Part shown: positions 1 to 9,506 of the stretch, one piece after another
Layout: each line of letters starts with the position of its first letter
Numbering within the stretch: position 1 is the stretch's first letter
NCBI GenBank assembly: GCA_038065495.1
Contig: JBBTQW010000002.1
Location: 261,373-325,372, forward strand
Direction of reading: 5' to 3'
Length of the DNA stretch: 64,000 bases
Source: Patescibacteria group bacterium
Lineage (GTDB): Bacteria; Patescibacteriota; Minisyncoccia; Phycocordibacterales; JACOZG01
Notes under the pieces: generated by a model
Told to the model about the DNA's origin: nothing
The model's input: only the letters and a program-made list of their open reading frames with translations
Databases searched by the model: none
Translations under genes and position numbers: made by a program

Positions 1-1580
1 TCTATACAATATATCTCGTTAATTTTCTTTAGCCTTGAGATCAGGCGGATATTGGTGTGTGGCCCACAACCAACCTCCAGCGCTTTCCCGATTTGCGCTG
101 GCAAAGTGCGATAATTATCAAATTGCTTTTTCCACCAGAAGTTCCAATCATCACCAGCATAAAAATCGCGATACCACAGTAGTTCGAAAAAATTCTTTGG
201 ACTTCTCTTTAGAGCTCTCAAAAACTTAAGTAGTATCTGTGAGCGAGAATTATTCTGATTAGCTTTTACCCAACAACTTCGTTCAAATTCTTGCGCGGCT
301 AACCACTTCTGCTGATCAACAGCCAGTACCGAACCGTCTTTGTGTTCGTCAGCCGGCTTTAATCCATAACCAGTGATATATTCTGCAACTTTCGTTTTTA
401 GATTAAACTCATTGCGTATCCGCTCGCAGCCAGCTTCGCCCATTTGTTGTGCTTGCTGGGGATTTTGTAGAAGATTAATAATTTTTTCTGCCATTTTTTT
501 AGTATCAAACGGATTAACCACATAACCGGTGACGCCATCTACAATCGCTTCCGCCGCACCACCGTAGACTGTGCCGACCACCGGCTTGCTCATGGCCATA
601 GCTTCCAAGACCACGCGTGGCAAAGAATCAAAACAGATTGATGGCACCAGAACCACGTCAGCAACAGCATAAATCTTCTTAGATTCTTCCTGCTCGAGCC
701 AACCCGTAAAAATTAATTTATCGGCCAACCCCAATTGCTCCGCGCGCGCTCTAATTTGGTCAGCAGAATGATCAATTTTGCCAGCCACTAACAGCACGGC
801 ATTAGACATAACAGGAGAAATTTCTACTAATGCTTCTAGCGCCTGTCCTCCGCCCTTTGCTCCACTTAATCTCCCACTAAATAAAATCACTTTCTTGTCA
901 GTCAAATTATATTTTTTTATTAGCTTACTAGTGATAATCTCGTCAATCTGCCAGTCTGCTAGATTGATACCCGTGTGCATCACTGATGCATTTTTGATAC
1001 CGTTCTGCGCCAGGGCTTTCTTGAGCGCTCCACTAACCGCAAACATTTGATCAACGTAGCGCAGATACTTCTTAATTAAAAAGTTACGTAATGGATTCCA
1101 GCGCTTGCCTGCTTGTTGCAGGTGATCAAGCCAAGTGGTATGGGCATCGAGATTCTCCAGATATTTTCTAGTGACCAATTTACCGTAATTAAAAGTCATC
1201 ACGTCACGCGCGGTAAAGACTACTGTCTTAGCATACTTTTTAGCAATCTTAAGGCAGTGATAAGACAGATGAAAGTGAACATTATTTGCATGCACCACGT
1301 CTGGCCGGATTGTGCTTAATATTCTCTTCACTTCTCGCACCACCGGTGGATTGTACAAACTCAAATAAGCTCGCCAAAAACTTGGATAATTACTCAGGAT
1401 CCGGTAAATTTTAATCCCGTCTTGTTCAAATTCTCCGGCGTCTTTTTTGAGCCGACAAGTGGTCACCAGATAAACACTCTGCCCGGCTTCTTTAAGACCA
1501 AGGGCTAGCTCATGAGTAGAAACAGTCGCCCCCGCAAAACCTTGCGAGGGAGCATTATCGTGAAGCAGAACTATTTTCAT
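1..1580 (-). CDS. GT4 glycosyltransferase fused to a C-terminal class I SAM methyltransferase domain (runs off window start)
   Basis: Missing from the ORF track because there is no stop in the window. Manual translation from ATG 1580 gives MKIVLLHDNAPSQGFAGA..., the GT4 motif 'PSICFDSLPRVVLEAMAMSKPVVGT', then continues in frame to 'KALEVGCGPHTN' (SAM motif I). Confidence 0.85.
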   Translation of the reverse strand, partial: MKIVLLHDNAPSQGFAGATVSTHELALGLKEAGQSVYLVTTCRLKKDAGEFEQDGIKIYRILSNYPSFWRAYLSLYNPPVVREVKRILSTIRPDVVHANNVHFHLSYHCLKIAKKYAKTVVFTARDVMTFNYGKLVTRKYLENLDAHTTWLDHLQQAGKRWNPLRNFLIKKYLRYVDQMFAVSGALKKALAQNGIKNASVMHTGINLADWQIDEIITSKLIKKYNLTDKKVILFSGRLSGAKGGGQALEALVEISPVMSNAVLLVAGKIDHSADQIRARAEQLGLADKLIFTGWLEQEESKKIYAVADVVLVPSICFDSLPRVVLEAMAMSKPVVGTVYGGAAEAIVDGVTGYVVNPFDTKKMAEKIINLLQNPQQAQQMGEAGCERIRNEFNLKTKVAEYITGYGLKPADEHKDGSVLAVDQQKWLAAQEFERSCWVKANQNNSRSQILLKFLRALKRSPKNFFELLWYRDFYAGDDWNFWWKKQFDNYRTLPAQIGKALEVGCGPHTNIRLISRLKKINEIYCI

Positions 1581-1593
1581 ACTGGAACCCATA

Positions 1594-2343
1594 TCATTCC
1601 CACTCTAACACCTCACTATTAGATAAACAAACAATGTTTTGATGTTCTCTGACAAACTTAAGGAACGATTCGAGCTCTGACCACATTTCATATTTTTCCA
1701 GTTCCCAAGAGTGACCGTAGAGGTGGAAATAGTTGCCTTCGGCGAGAGCTTTTTTAAACCATTTTCGAGCCAACGACTGCCAAGATAAACTCCATTGCTT
1801 TGGGGTATAAGCCCGCATGGGATCAAGAATCCTTCGCCAGTACAAATTATTAGAATCTAGCCACCGCAAGGGAAACGGCTGGCAGATGATAGTCACGTCC
1901 ATCAGAAATTTTTTCTCTTTTGCTTTCTGAATAGAAAGTTTTTTGGTCGTACGAACACCCATGAAACCCGACTCTCTGACAACTTTCGTAAGAAATTCAT
2001 TGGATTTCCCGCCCGGGAAGGCAAAAATCTTGGCTGGTGAACCGGTAATTTTCTGCAAAAACTCTTGGCTACCTGTTATTTCACTTTTTGCCTCTTCTGG
2101 CGATATCTCTGTCAATCTAGAGTGCGTGAGCGAATGTCCTCCGACCTCATGAGAAACAGCAAGAGAACGAATCTCTTCTTCCGTCAGCCGACGATTATAA
2201 GCAGAATACTTACCAGTTCTTCCAGCAAATTTTTCTGGTACATAAAATGTACCCTTAATGCCGTAACGGGCTAGTAAATCCGCCACTTTTAGATCAAGCA
2301 CCGAGCCGTCGTCCCAACTGGTAGTAAATAATATTTTATTCAT
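1594..2343 (-). CDS. Polysaccharide deacetylase (NodB/CE4)
   Basis: TSWDDG, HEVGGHSLTH, FAFPGG and HLYGH motifs; ATG 2343 overlaps the upstream stop (ATGA). Confidence 0.9.
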   Translation of the reverse strand: MNKILFTTSWDDGSVLDLKVADLLARYGIKGTFYVPEKFAGRTGKYSAYNRRLTEEEIRSLAVSHEVGGHSLTHSRLTEISPEEAKSEITGSQEFLQKITGSPAKIFAFPGGKSNEFLTKVVRESGFMGVRTTKKLSIQKAKEKKFLMDVTIICQPFPLRWLDSNNLYWRRILDPMRAYTPKQWSLSWQSLARKWFKKALAEGNYFHLYGHSWELEKYEMWSELESFLKFVREHQNIVCLSNSEVLEWE

Positions 2344-3482
2344 CGGATGTCTCTTAGTAGCAAACAAAATTTCCAAAACAACTTACTGTTGAGGCCTTGC
2401 TTACCGGCAGAGAAACCATAAGAATATGGTATTTTAAACCATCCTCCGCTCGCGACGGAAGATCCATAGGCCATGTTCACCGCCCTTACATGATTATTTA
2501 AATTATCTGGAGATCTAAGATTGTTCCACTCTCTCGAAGCAGACAGATGTTGACGGACGATGTCCGAAAACTCTCCCTCGCCTTGATCATAGGCTTGGAA
2601 AAAGACTGAAAAAGACGTCGGTAATAATAATCGAAATGATTCGACTTTTTTGCCAAACACTTTTGAGTCCCAGATTAATGATTTATCAAATTCCTCGATA
2701 AATTGCTGGTGTGACCAGCCGGTAGTAAACTTTACAGCAAATTTATCATTAGAGAACTTAACGTTCTGGGCATTTCTATTTACAAGAGTCTCTTTGGAAA
2801 CAAAACCGTCGAGCTCCATCACCGCTCTGGAGACAAGCACTATCCCTTCTTCAAGAAGAACCGAGAGTTCTTGGATAGCCAAACTTTCGTCTAGAGCAAA
2901 CCAATTCTCGCGCAAACTTTGTATTCTCTGCCCAAAACCGTGATCAATATCTACTCCAGATATTTCCCGCACCATCCACGACGTATACACGAGCGAATAT
3001 AAAGATCCGATCAACTGACGAACGTTTTGCGGTGCTTTCTTAAATTTACTGAAAAGTAATAACTTATTGACTAAAACATCAAACAGGATAAAAGCGAGTG
3101 TCCACTGGCGATTATTCTCCGGTATCGCCAAAAAATTATGCTCTATTCCCGCAATAAGACGAAGATTTGTAGTTTCTTGAGGATAGAGAAAATAAAAATA
3201 TTCAGCAGAACTCTGGCTAAAGCTTAAGTACCGATGAGTAAAGATAAAATTAGCTTTTTCTGATAAAGACCATGGATTACTTAGTGGTTTGGGCGTCAGT
3301 TCGTCCTTGTAGATGAGAACTATGTCTAAGTCCGAGATGCCTGGACACCATTCTCCTCCCATCAGGTAAGCAGCACTTACCGTTGGATTGCTTAAAGCCT
3401 CTTTTCTAATCAAATCAACGCACTTTTCATAGTCGGCTCGCTCTAGGCGTATCGGTAAATTATAACTATTTTTTATATTCAT
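2340..3482 (-). CDS. Pol-beta-superfamily nucleotidyltransferase-like protein
   Basis: N-terminal 'AYLMGGEWCPGISDLDIVL' matches hG[GS]x(7-9)SDxD. Confidence 0.6.
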   Translation of the reverse strand: MNIKNSYNLPIRLERADYEKCVDLIRKEALSNPTVSAAYLMGGEWCPGISDLDIVLIYKDELTPKPLSNPWSLSEKANFIFTHRYLSFSQSSAEYFYFLYPQETTNLRLIAGIEHNFLAIPENNRQWTLAFILFDVLVNKLLLFSKFKKAPQNVRQLIGSLYSLVYTSWMVREISGVDIDHGFGQRIQSLRENWFALDESLAIQELSVLLEEGIVLVSRAVMELDGFVSKETLVNRNAQNVKFSNDKFAVKFTTGWSHQQFIEEFDKSLIWDSKVFGKKVESFRLLLPTSFSVFFQAYDQGEGEFSDIVRQHLSASREWNNLRSPDNLNNHVRAVNMAYGSSVASGGWFKIPYSYGFSAGKQGLNSKLFWKFCLLLRDIR

Positions 3483-4521
3483 AAAGATGAAGAAATTCTC
3501 TTGTTAGCCGTTCTATTTCGATAAGACTTTGTGCTGGACGTTTTAGCAAAGCTGGTTTTCTGGCAATGGCCACTATAATTCTAGACAACCAATATGGCAA
3601 ACTTACAATTAGTCTAGCTGGGAGGTATTTTACAAAATTAGACACTTCCCACTTTCTCATAATATCAGTCGCTTGATCAAGTGACCGTGCATCAAAATCA
3701 TTTAATACCTGCTTGACCTTAAGAAACGATTCTCTTTTATATACATATACACCTCTCGTCTGCAGAAGAAGCGACGGCAATAAAAATGTGTGCGCTAAAT
3801 CATTTTTCCAATCATACTGATTTCGACTCCAATTTCCGTTTTTAACTTTACGACGAAAGTGTTCCGTAAATTTCTCGAAGACTGCCGCTTGTTCGCTGGT
3901 ATCATCTCGGACGTCAAAATGGATTTGTCCTGTTCCCAACAAAAGCAGAGCCTGTTCATAAGAGGGTAATGGCAAAAAAGACTGAGGATAATAACTTAGA
4001 TCAAATTCTGTGATGAAAGATAGTTGATGATGAGCCAGCGGATCAATCCAATAACACAACAACCCCAGTTTCAAAAAAACTTTTTTTACTCTCTGTAAAT
4101 TAGTTACAGAATCAAACACGGAATCCTTTAGAACAATCATCGTGTCCAGATCACTCCACATGGGGATAAAGTCCCGCGTGGCATAACTACCGTGGACGAC
4201 AAAAGAGTGGATAAACTCATGGACAGAAGCCGCCTGATCACGCATTAGTCTGACTATCCGATAAGCAAAGTCTTTCTTAGCCAATCCAGAGTCAAAAATA
4301 TCGGAAATAGAGACCGTCTTAACGGACAGTTCCGGCGAAAGTTTGAGTCTCGCTCCCCTCAACTGGCGATATTGTTTGATTAAGGTTGGTGCATCTCCGT
4401 CTGGAGATTTCATGAAAATGCGAAGGTTTGTATTGAAGATAAGTTGCAGAGAGTTGAGCTCTGCAACAGATTTGATTTGATCTTGGCTTGAGAAATTCCT
4501 AGAAGAAGCCGCAGTTTTCAT
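3466..4521 (-). CDS. Pol-beta-superfamily nucleotidyltransferase
   Basis: 'FVVHGSYATRDFIPMWSDLDTMIVL' matches the GS...SDxD signature. Confidence 0.7.
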   Translation of the reverse strand: MKTAASSRNFSSQDQIKSVAELNSLQLIFNTNLRIFMKSPDGDAPTLIKQYRQLRGARLKLSPELSVKTVSISDIFDSGLAKKDFAYRIVRLMRDQAASVHEFIHSFVVHGSYATRDFIPMWSDLDTMIVLKDSVFDSVTNLQRVKKVFLKLGLLCYWIDPLAHHQLSFITEFDLSYYPQSFLPLPSYEQALLLLGTGQIHFDVRDDTSEQAAVFEKFTEHFRRKVKNGNWSRNQYDWKNDLAHTFLLPSLLLQTRGVYVYKRESFLKVKQVLNDFDARSLDQATDIMRKWEVSNFVKYLPARLIVSLPYWLSRIIVAIARKPALLKRPAQSLIEIERLTREFLHLYEYKK

Positions 4522-6260
4522 GCCTTGTGGTAAATAGCCACTTCACCAAATTCTACAGATTTTTCTAGAAAATTATACCGATCTAAATCCCAAGTTGGAT
4601 CAGTTTTTTTGTCCCAAATAATGTACTCAATTTCATACTTATCAAACACTTCCTGTAACCACCGAGAGTCTGGAGTCTCAAGAGTTTTGGTGTAAAATCT
4701 AACAAATTCTTCTATCTTTTCGTCTGGTATCGCCTCATATGAACCAAGTGCCTCTCGGTAATATATCCCGTAAATATTTGAAGAGAGGTACGCCCTATCT
4801 GCAAAAAACCTGTCCCGAGCAGTATCTTCTTCAACTTTCTCCAGACGATAAAGAGTGGCCACCACTTCTAACAAACGTTCCTTTGTCGCCGCGAGAGAAT
4901 TACCGGCCACTCGATGATAAAAAACATTGAGAGGAGTATAGATGACGGTCAAATGCGATACTTCGTTATTGGCCAGAACAACCGCCTCTTTTTGAGCATG
5001 CTCGCTTAGCCAACGCATAACCGGACCATATTTTTGTCTTTCAATCGCAATCTCGCCACCATCTCGCCAGTCAGAAAAATAGGAGATGACCTGAGTAAAC
5101 ATCCCCGTAAAAATACTCGCTAAAATAATGACAACGGCCAATGATTTCTTGTAAAAGATGAGTCCGCGAGAAGTTAAAAAATGAAAAATCACAAAAAGAA
5201 TCATTATGAGAGCCAGCGGTTTATTGAAAAACCAATGGTAGTGATCTACCTGCATAATTCTCCCGGTCAGAATCTGTTGATTGTGCGTGACAAAAGCTGT
5301 GAGCAACAAAGCCAAACCAAAGAAATATCTCTCTTTATCTTCCCTGGGGAATCCAATTAAAAAGATCATCAGAGCTGCAATCGTCGTGAAACCAACAAAG
5401 ATGGGTGCGTGAGATAAAACTAGACCAAACCGAGCGCTGGCTTCTGTAAAAGTAGGGTACATGGAAGCTCGGTAGAGATTGATAAAGTACGGAATGGCGA
5501 CCAACAAACCACCAACAAAAACACCCGCGAGCTTAACACTCTCTCGCCACTTTCTCTGTATAAGAAAAGACAGAACCAGAACACCGCCAAAAGCATACAA
5601 AAAAGTCCAAGTGTAGAAATAATTATAGAAGTTTAAGCCAAGCAGGACAGCGCTAGCTATGCCATAACGCCAATTGCGCTTCTGATAAAATAACCAAAAA
5701 GCTATTAAAAAGGCGAAAAAGGGAATGTAGGTCATCACCGGATTAACCGGCCGGGAAAGTTGCAAAAAATTGACCGGACCCAGGCCCGAAAATATCCGTG
5801 AGAGTCCGGAAAAAGAGATGACTGAGTCACCCAACAAGATTACTGCCGCACTCGATAGAGCGAGAAGTTTATCTGCCGATAATAAAAAAACAAAAGCGTA
5901 GAGCAGTAGAGAGACAACAAAAGAGAGAACAACGCGCGACAAGAGCAAGGTATTATTGATATCCAAACCAAACAATTCCCCCATGTAGCCCACAACCATC
6001 GGTTGCAGTGGCTGCCAGAGATACGGTCCATCTTTGCCGTCTTTGTAGTAGACATTACCCATGCCTGGATGCCCATCCAATACCTCTCGTGCAAGCGCAG
6101 AGCGCGGCGAGTCTGGCAAGAGCTCTATTCCCTGGTAAATACCGTCATCTTTATGATCAATGCGAAAATAGACCTGTGGAAAGGCAACAATGATTGAGGT
6201 AAGTAAGGCTAGAACAAGCGCCCAACGATGTTTTTGCAATATTAAACCCAGTTTCATCAT
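4518..6260 (-). CDS. Multi-pass membrane protein, GT-C-like glycosyltransferase candidate
   Basis: About 11-13 hydrophobic segments, an extracytoplasmic loop after TM1, and a soluble C-terminal domain ending 'KYEIEYIIWDK'. Start uncertain (6260, 6275 or 6287). Confidence 0.6.
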   Translation of the reverse strand: MMKLGLILQKHRWALVLALLTSIIVAFPQVYFRIDHKDDGIYQGIELLPDSPRSALAREVLDGHPGMGNVYYKDGKDGPYLWQPLQPMVVGYMGELFGLDINNTLLLSRVVLSFVVSLLLYAFVFLLSADKLLALSSAAVILLGDSVISFSGLSRIFSGLGPVNFLQLSRPVNPVMTYIPFFAFLIAFWLFYQKRNWRYGIASAVLLGLNFYNYFYTWTFLYAFGGVLVLSFLIQRKWRESVKLAGVFVGGLLVAIPYFINLYRASMYPTFTEASARFGLVLSHAPIFVGFTTIAALMIFLIGFPREDKERYFFGLALLLTAFVTHNQQILTGRIMQVDHYHWFFNKPLALIMILFVIFHFLTSRGLIFYKKSLAVVIILASIFTGMFTQVISYFSDWRDGGEIAIERQKYGPVMRWLSEHAQKEAVVLANNEVSHLTVIYTPLNVFYHRVAGNSLAATKERLLEVVATLYRLEKVEEDTARDRFFADRAYLSSNIYGIYYREALGSYEAIPDEKIEEFVRFYTKTLETPDSRWLQEVFDKYEIEYIIWDKKTDPTWDLDRYNFLEKSVEFGEVAIYHKA

Positions 6261-6265
6261 CAGTT

Positions 6266-8137
6266 CTATGACCATTGATTGTACCACAGCTGAAATATTA
6301 ACAGGGTCCAGAGTAATTTTCTATTATCTTCTTGTCCCGAAAAATGTTCTTCTTTTAGCTTCTGAATATAATCGAAGTCAAACAAACCAGCTTTTTTTAT
6401 AGCCTGTTCGCTTAGTATTTCATTGCAGAAATCTTTAAGCTCATTCCTTAACCAGCCGGCCAAAGGGATACTAAATCCTTGCTTACGACGATAAATAATA
6501 TTCTCAGGCAATTTATCTTTCATTAGCTTTTTCAAGATATATTTTGTCGTAAACATTCTACTTTTATACTTATAAGCCAAAGAATTAACGTAGTTAGCGA
6601 AAGTGAAATCTAGAAATGGCGCCCTCACCTCAAGAGCGTGGAACATGCTTGCTCGATCAACTTTTACCAACACCTCGTCCATTAGGTAAGTCCGTAAATA
6701 TAGATAAATGAGCTTATTAGACCAACTCACATTCTTCACTTCTCCCAAATAATGATCAATCTCTTCATACTCGTTACGATCTTTTAGCTTTTCCCAAACT
6801 TCTTTTTTAAACAACTTCTCTCTATCTTCTCTCACGAAACTGCCCAACCATCTCTGGTGGCGATATTCTGTAGCCGAGCCGAAACCGTCGATAAATTTTT
6901 TAGCCTTAAACCTAAGACCAAAATAGCCGTAGCTTACTGGCAGTTTAGAAACTATTTTGCTGATTATCTTATTCCGAATAAAAGACGGTATCAGGCTATA
7001 CAGACCGGCGACCTTTTCTGCCTTAAATGTGGGATAGCCAGCAAAGAGTTCATCGCCACCGTCGCCACCAAGAGCAACCGAAACATGCTTCTTAGCAAAT
7101 TCTGATAGAAATAGGGTTGGGATAATTGAAGCATCGGCGAGCGGCTCATCAATCACTGCTCCAATGTGCGGAATCATTTCCAGTAGATCTTGCGCACTTA
7201 AAATTTTAGAATAGTGGTCTGTCCCAAGAAAATCACTAACCTGTTTAGCATAATCTGATTCATCAAAGTTCTCGTCTTCAAATCCGATCGAAAAGGTTTT
7301 AATCTTCTCTTTACTATTTTTCTGAGCATAGTAAGCCACAGTCGAACTATCGATCCCCCCACTTAGAAAAACGCCAAGAGGCACATCAGATATTAATCTT
7401 CTTTTTACGCTTTCTTCTAGTTTGTGATCTAAAACTTTTAAAGCTTCACCGAGAGAGACGTCTTGTTGGACAAAGCTCATGCGCCAAAAGATTTTCTTTT
7501 TTATCTCTCCATTCTGGAAAGACAAACAAGACGCTGGTTCTAATTTGTAAACATCTTTAAAAATACTGTTTGGCGTAGGAACATATTCATACGCTAAGTA
7601 TTTATTTAGTGATTCTAGACTAATTTCTTTTCTAAAAGACGGATGCTTTAGTAGCGCCTTTAGTTCCGAACCAAACATAAACGTGCCGTCAAATATTCCC
7701 CAATAAAGTGGCTTCTTACCAAATCTGTCTCGTGCTAGCAATAACTTATTTACCCGGAAATCGTATAGAGCAATTGCAAACATGCCGTTAAGTTTTTCAA
7801 AGCACTCTTCACCATATTCTTCATACAGCGCAAGTATAACTTCTGTATCAGTGCCTGTGGTGAACTGGCGTGATTTACTTAAAGAAAGCTCCTCTCTTAG
7901 CTCACGGAAGTTATATACTTCGCCATTAAAAACAATCGCCACCGTCATAGCTTGGTTCCACATTGGTTGCTTACCTTTCTCGCTAACATCAAGAATACTC
8001 AACCTGGTGTGAGCTAATCCAACTCCGTCTCGATAATACAGCCCTTTGTCGTCCGGGCCACGGTGCTCAATTGCGGCACGCATAGACTCAAGGTCATCTA
8101 AACTTCCTTTGCCAATAAAGCCAGCTATTCCACACAT
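6266..8137 (-). CDS. asnB: Asparagine synthase (glutamine-hydrolysing)-type amidotransferase
   Basis: MCGIAG Ntn N-terminus, HRGPD, FNGEVYNF, LSGGIDSS, GDGGDELFAGY, EVRAPFLD. Confidence 0.95.
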   Translation of the reverse strand: MCGIAGFIGKGSLDDLESMRAAIEHRGPDDKGLYYRDGVGLAHTRLSILDVSEKGKQPMWNQAMTVAIVFNGEVYNFRELREELSLSKSRQFTTGTDTEVILALYEEYGEECFEKLNGMFAIALYDFRVNKLLLARDRFGKKPLYWGIFDGTFMFGSELKALLKHPSFRKEISLESLNKYLAYEYVPTPNSIFKDVYKLEPASCLSFQNGEIKKKIFWRMSFVQQDVSLGEALKVLDHKLEESVKRRLISDVPLGVFLSGGIDSSTVAYYAQKNSKEKIKTFSIGFEDENFDESDYAKQVSDFLGTDHYSKILSAQDLLEMIPHIGAVIDEPLADASIIPTLFLSEFAKKHVSVALGGDGGDELFAGYPTFKAEKVAGLYSLIPSFIRNKIISKIVSKLPVSYGYFGLRFKAKKFIDGFGSATEYRHQRWLGSFVREDREKLFKKEVWEKLKDRNEYEEIDHYLGEVKNVSWSNKLIYLYLRTYLMDEVLVKVDRASMFHALEVRAPFLDFTFANYVNSLAYKYKSRMFTTKYILKKLMKDKLPENIIYRRKQGFSIPLAGWLRNELKDFCNEILSEQAIKKAGLFDFDYIQKLKEEHFSGQEDNRKLLWTLLIFQLWYNQWS

Positions 8138-8140
8138 AAT

Positions 8141-8533
8141 TTATATTTCATTTTTTACTAAAAAAATCGCCCGGTAGGTGAAAAAACTAAATGCAGCAAT
8201 AAGCGTGGTCATGATAACTTGTGCTATAAAGTACCAGACGCCGACCTTATCTACCAAAACAAACATTCCCAAGTCGTTTACACCCAAACTAGCCAGACTA
8301 ACGATTAGAAACAGCATTAACTGTCTGGGAGCATCGGCTCCGGCGCGACTCTGGAAGGTCCAAAACTTTTGCAGTAAGAAACTAGTGATAAACGCTAAGA
8401 CAAACGCCAAGGTTGATGAATATAGATACCAAATATCTAAAACCTCTCGAAAAAAAACCAGAGACAGAAACATTACTCCAGAAGCAACGGAGCCTGAAAC
8501 AATATATTTCAATACAGTACTTGAAACATTCAT
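8141..8533 (-). CDS. GtrA-family lipid-linked sugar flippase
   Basis: 130 aa, four TM segments, 'FLLQKFWTF' motif. Confidence 0.9.
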   Translation of the reverse strand: MNVSSTVLKYIVSGSVASGVMFLSLVFFREVLDIWYLYSSTLAFVLAFITSFLLQKFWTFQSRAGADAPRQLMLFLIVSLASLGVNDLGMFVLVDKVGVWYFIAQVIMTTLIAAFSFFTYRAIFLVKNEI

Positions 8534-8535
8534 TA

Positions 8536-9474
8536 CTAGCTAGTTATATGCTCGCTTATGATGTAGCCTGGCTCTTTCCCCGACTGGCGCACAACCAGTT
8601 CGCCCAAAAAGCCAGAAACAAAAGACTGGAAACCAACCACCACCAAGAGCACACCAAGAAGTAACAATGGCCTGTCGCCAACAAATTCATCTACAACGAT
8701 GATCAGCCAACTCATGTAAGCAAGGATGACAAACCCGATAAACCCTACTACAAAACCAAAGAAGCCGAACAAGTGCATCGGTCGATTACTAAAACGCCCC
8801 AAAAGAACAATAGATATAAAATCAAAAAAACTCTTGAAGAACCGGCCAAAATTGCCGTATTTACTCTCACCAAACTCTCGCTTGCGGTGATGCACCTTCT
8901 GCTCACTTACTTTATAACCCTTGCTGGCTACAATCGCCGGAATATACCGATGATGATCGCCGGTGAGAACCAAACTTTTTGCGACTTCACTCTTATACAA
9001 TTTATAACCGCAGTTCATGTCGTGGACATAAGCTCCTGTCACCAAGCCAGTTATCCAATTCGCAATTTTCGACACTAAGCCCTTACTCATCCCATCTAGA
9101 CGGTTTTGCTTCCAACCAACAACCAAGTCACCACCTCGTTTCACCTCGTCGAGAAAATTGGGAATTTCTGCCGGATCATCTTGTAAATCGCCGTCCATTG
9201 TAATGATATACCTGCCACGTGCCTGATCGAAACCCGCCTGCAACGCTTGCGATTTACCAAAGTTCCTGGCAAAACGAATAATCGTGGCTGGCTTGAACTG
9301 AGTTAAGACTTCAAATGTGTTATCACTAGAACCATCGTCAACAAAAATAATTTCAAAACTTTTGTCTAACTTCGTCAGCACACTAAGCAGCTCAGCATGA
9401 AGTTGGGGAACAGATTCCGCTTCGTTATAGACCGGAATAACCAGTGATAATTCCAGACTCGAGTCATTATTCAT
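8536..9474 (-). CDS. GT2 polyprenol-phosphate glycosyltransferase (ArnC/GtrB-like)
   Basis: VIPVYNE, VDDGSSD, RNFGKSQA, MDGDLQDDP, two C-terminal TM segments. Confidence 0.92.
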   Translation of the reverse strand: MNNDSSLELSLVIPVYNEAESVPQLHAELLSVLTKLDKSFEIIFVDDGSSDNTFEVLTQFKPATIIRFARNFGKSQALQAGFDQARGRYIITMDGDLQDDPAEIPNFLDEVKRGGDLVVGWKQNRLDGMSKGLVSKIANWITGLVTGAYVHDMNCGYKLYKSEVAKSLVLTGDHHRYIPAIVASKGYKVSEQKVHHRKREFGESKYGNFGRFFKSFFDFISIVLLGRFSNRPMHLFGFFGFVVGFIGFVILAYMSWLIIVVDEFVGDRPLLLLGVLLVVVGFQSFVSGFLGELVVRQSGKEPGYIISEHITS

Positions 9475-9506
9475 GAGTCATATTAAATCACAAAAGAATG
9501 TTGCTA

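Noticed and set aside
2340-4521. Nucleotidyltransferases as CBASS/CD-NTase or MNT-HEPN toxin-antitoxin
   Set aside because: No effector, Cap2/Cap3 or HEPN partner is recognisable, and both genes overlap their glycan-pathway neighbours.
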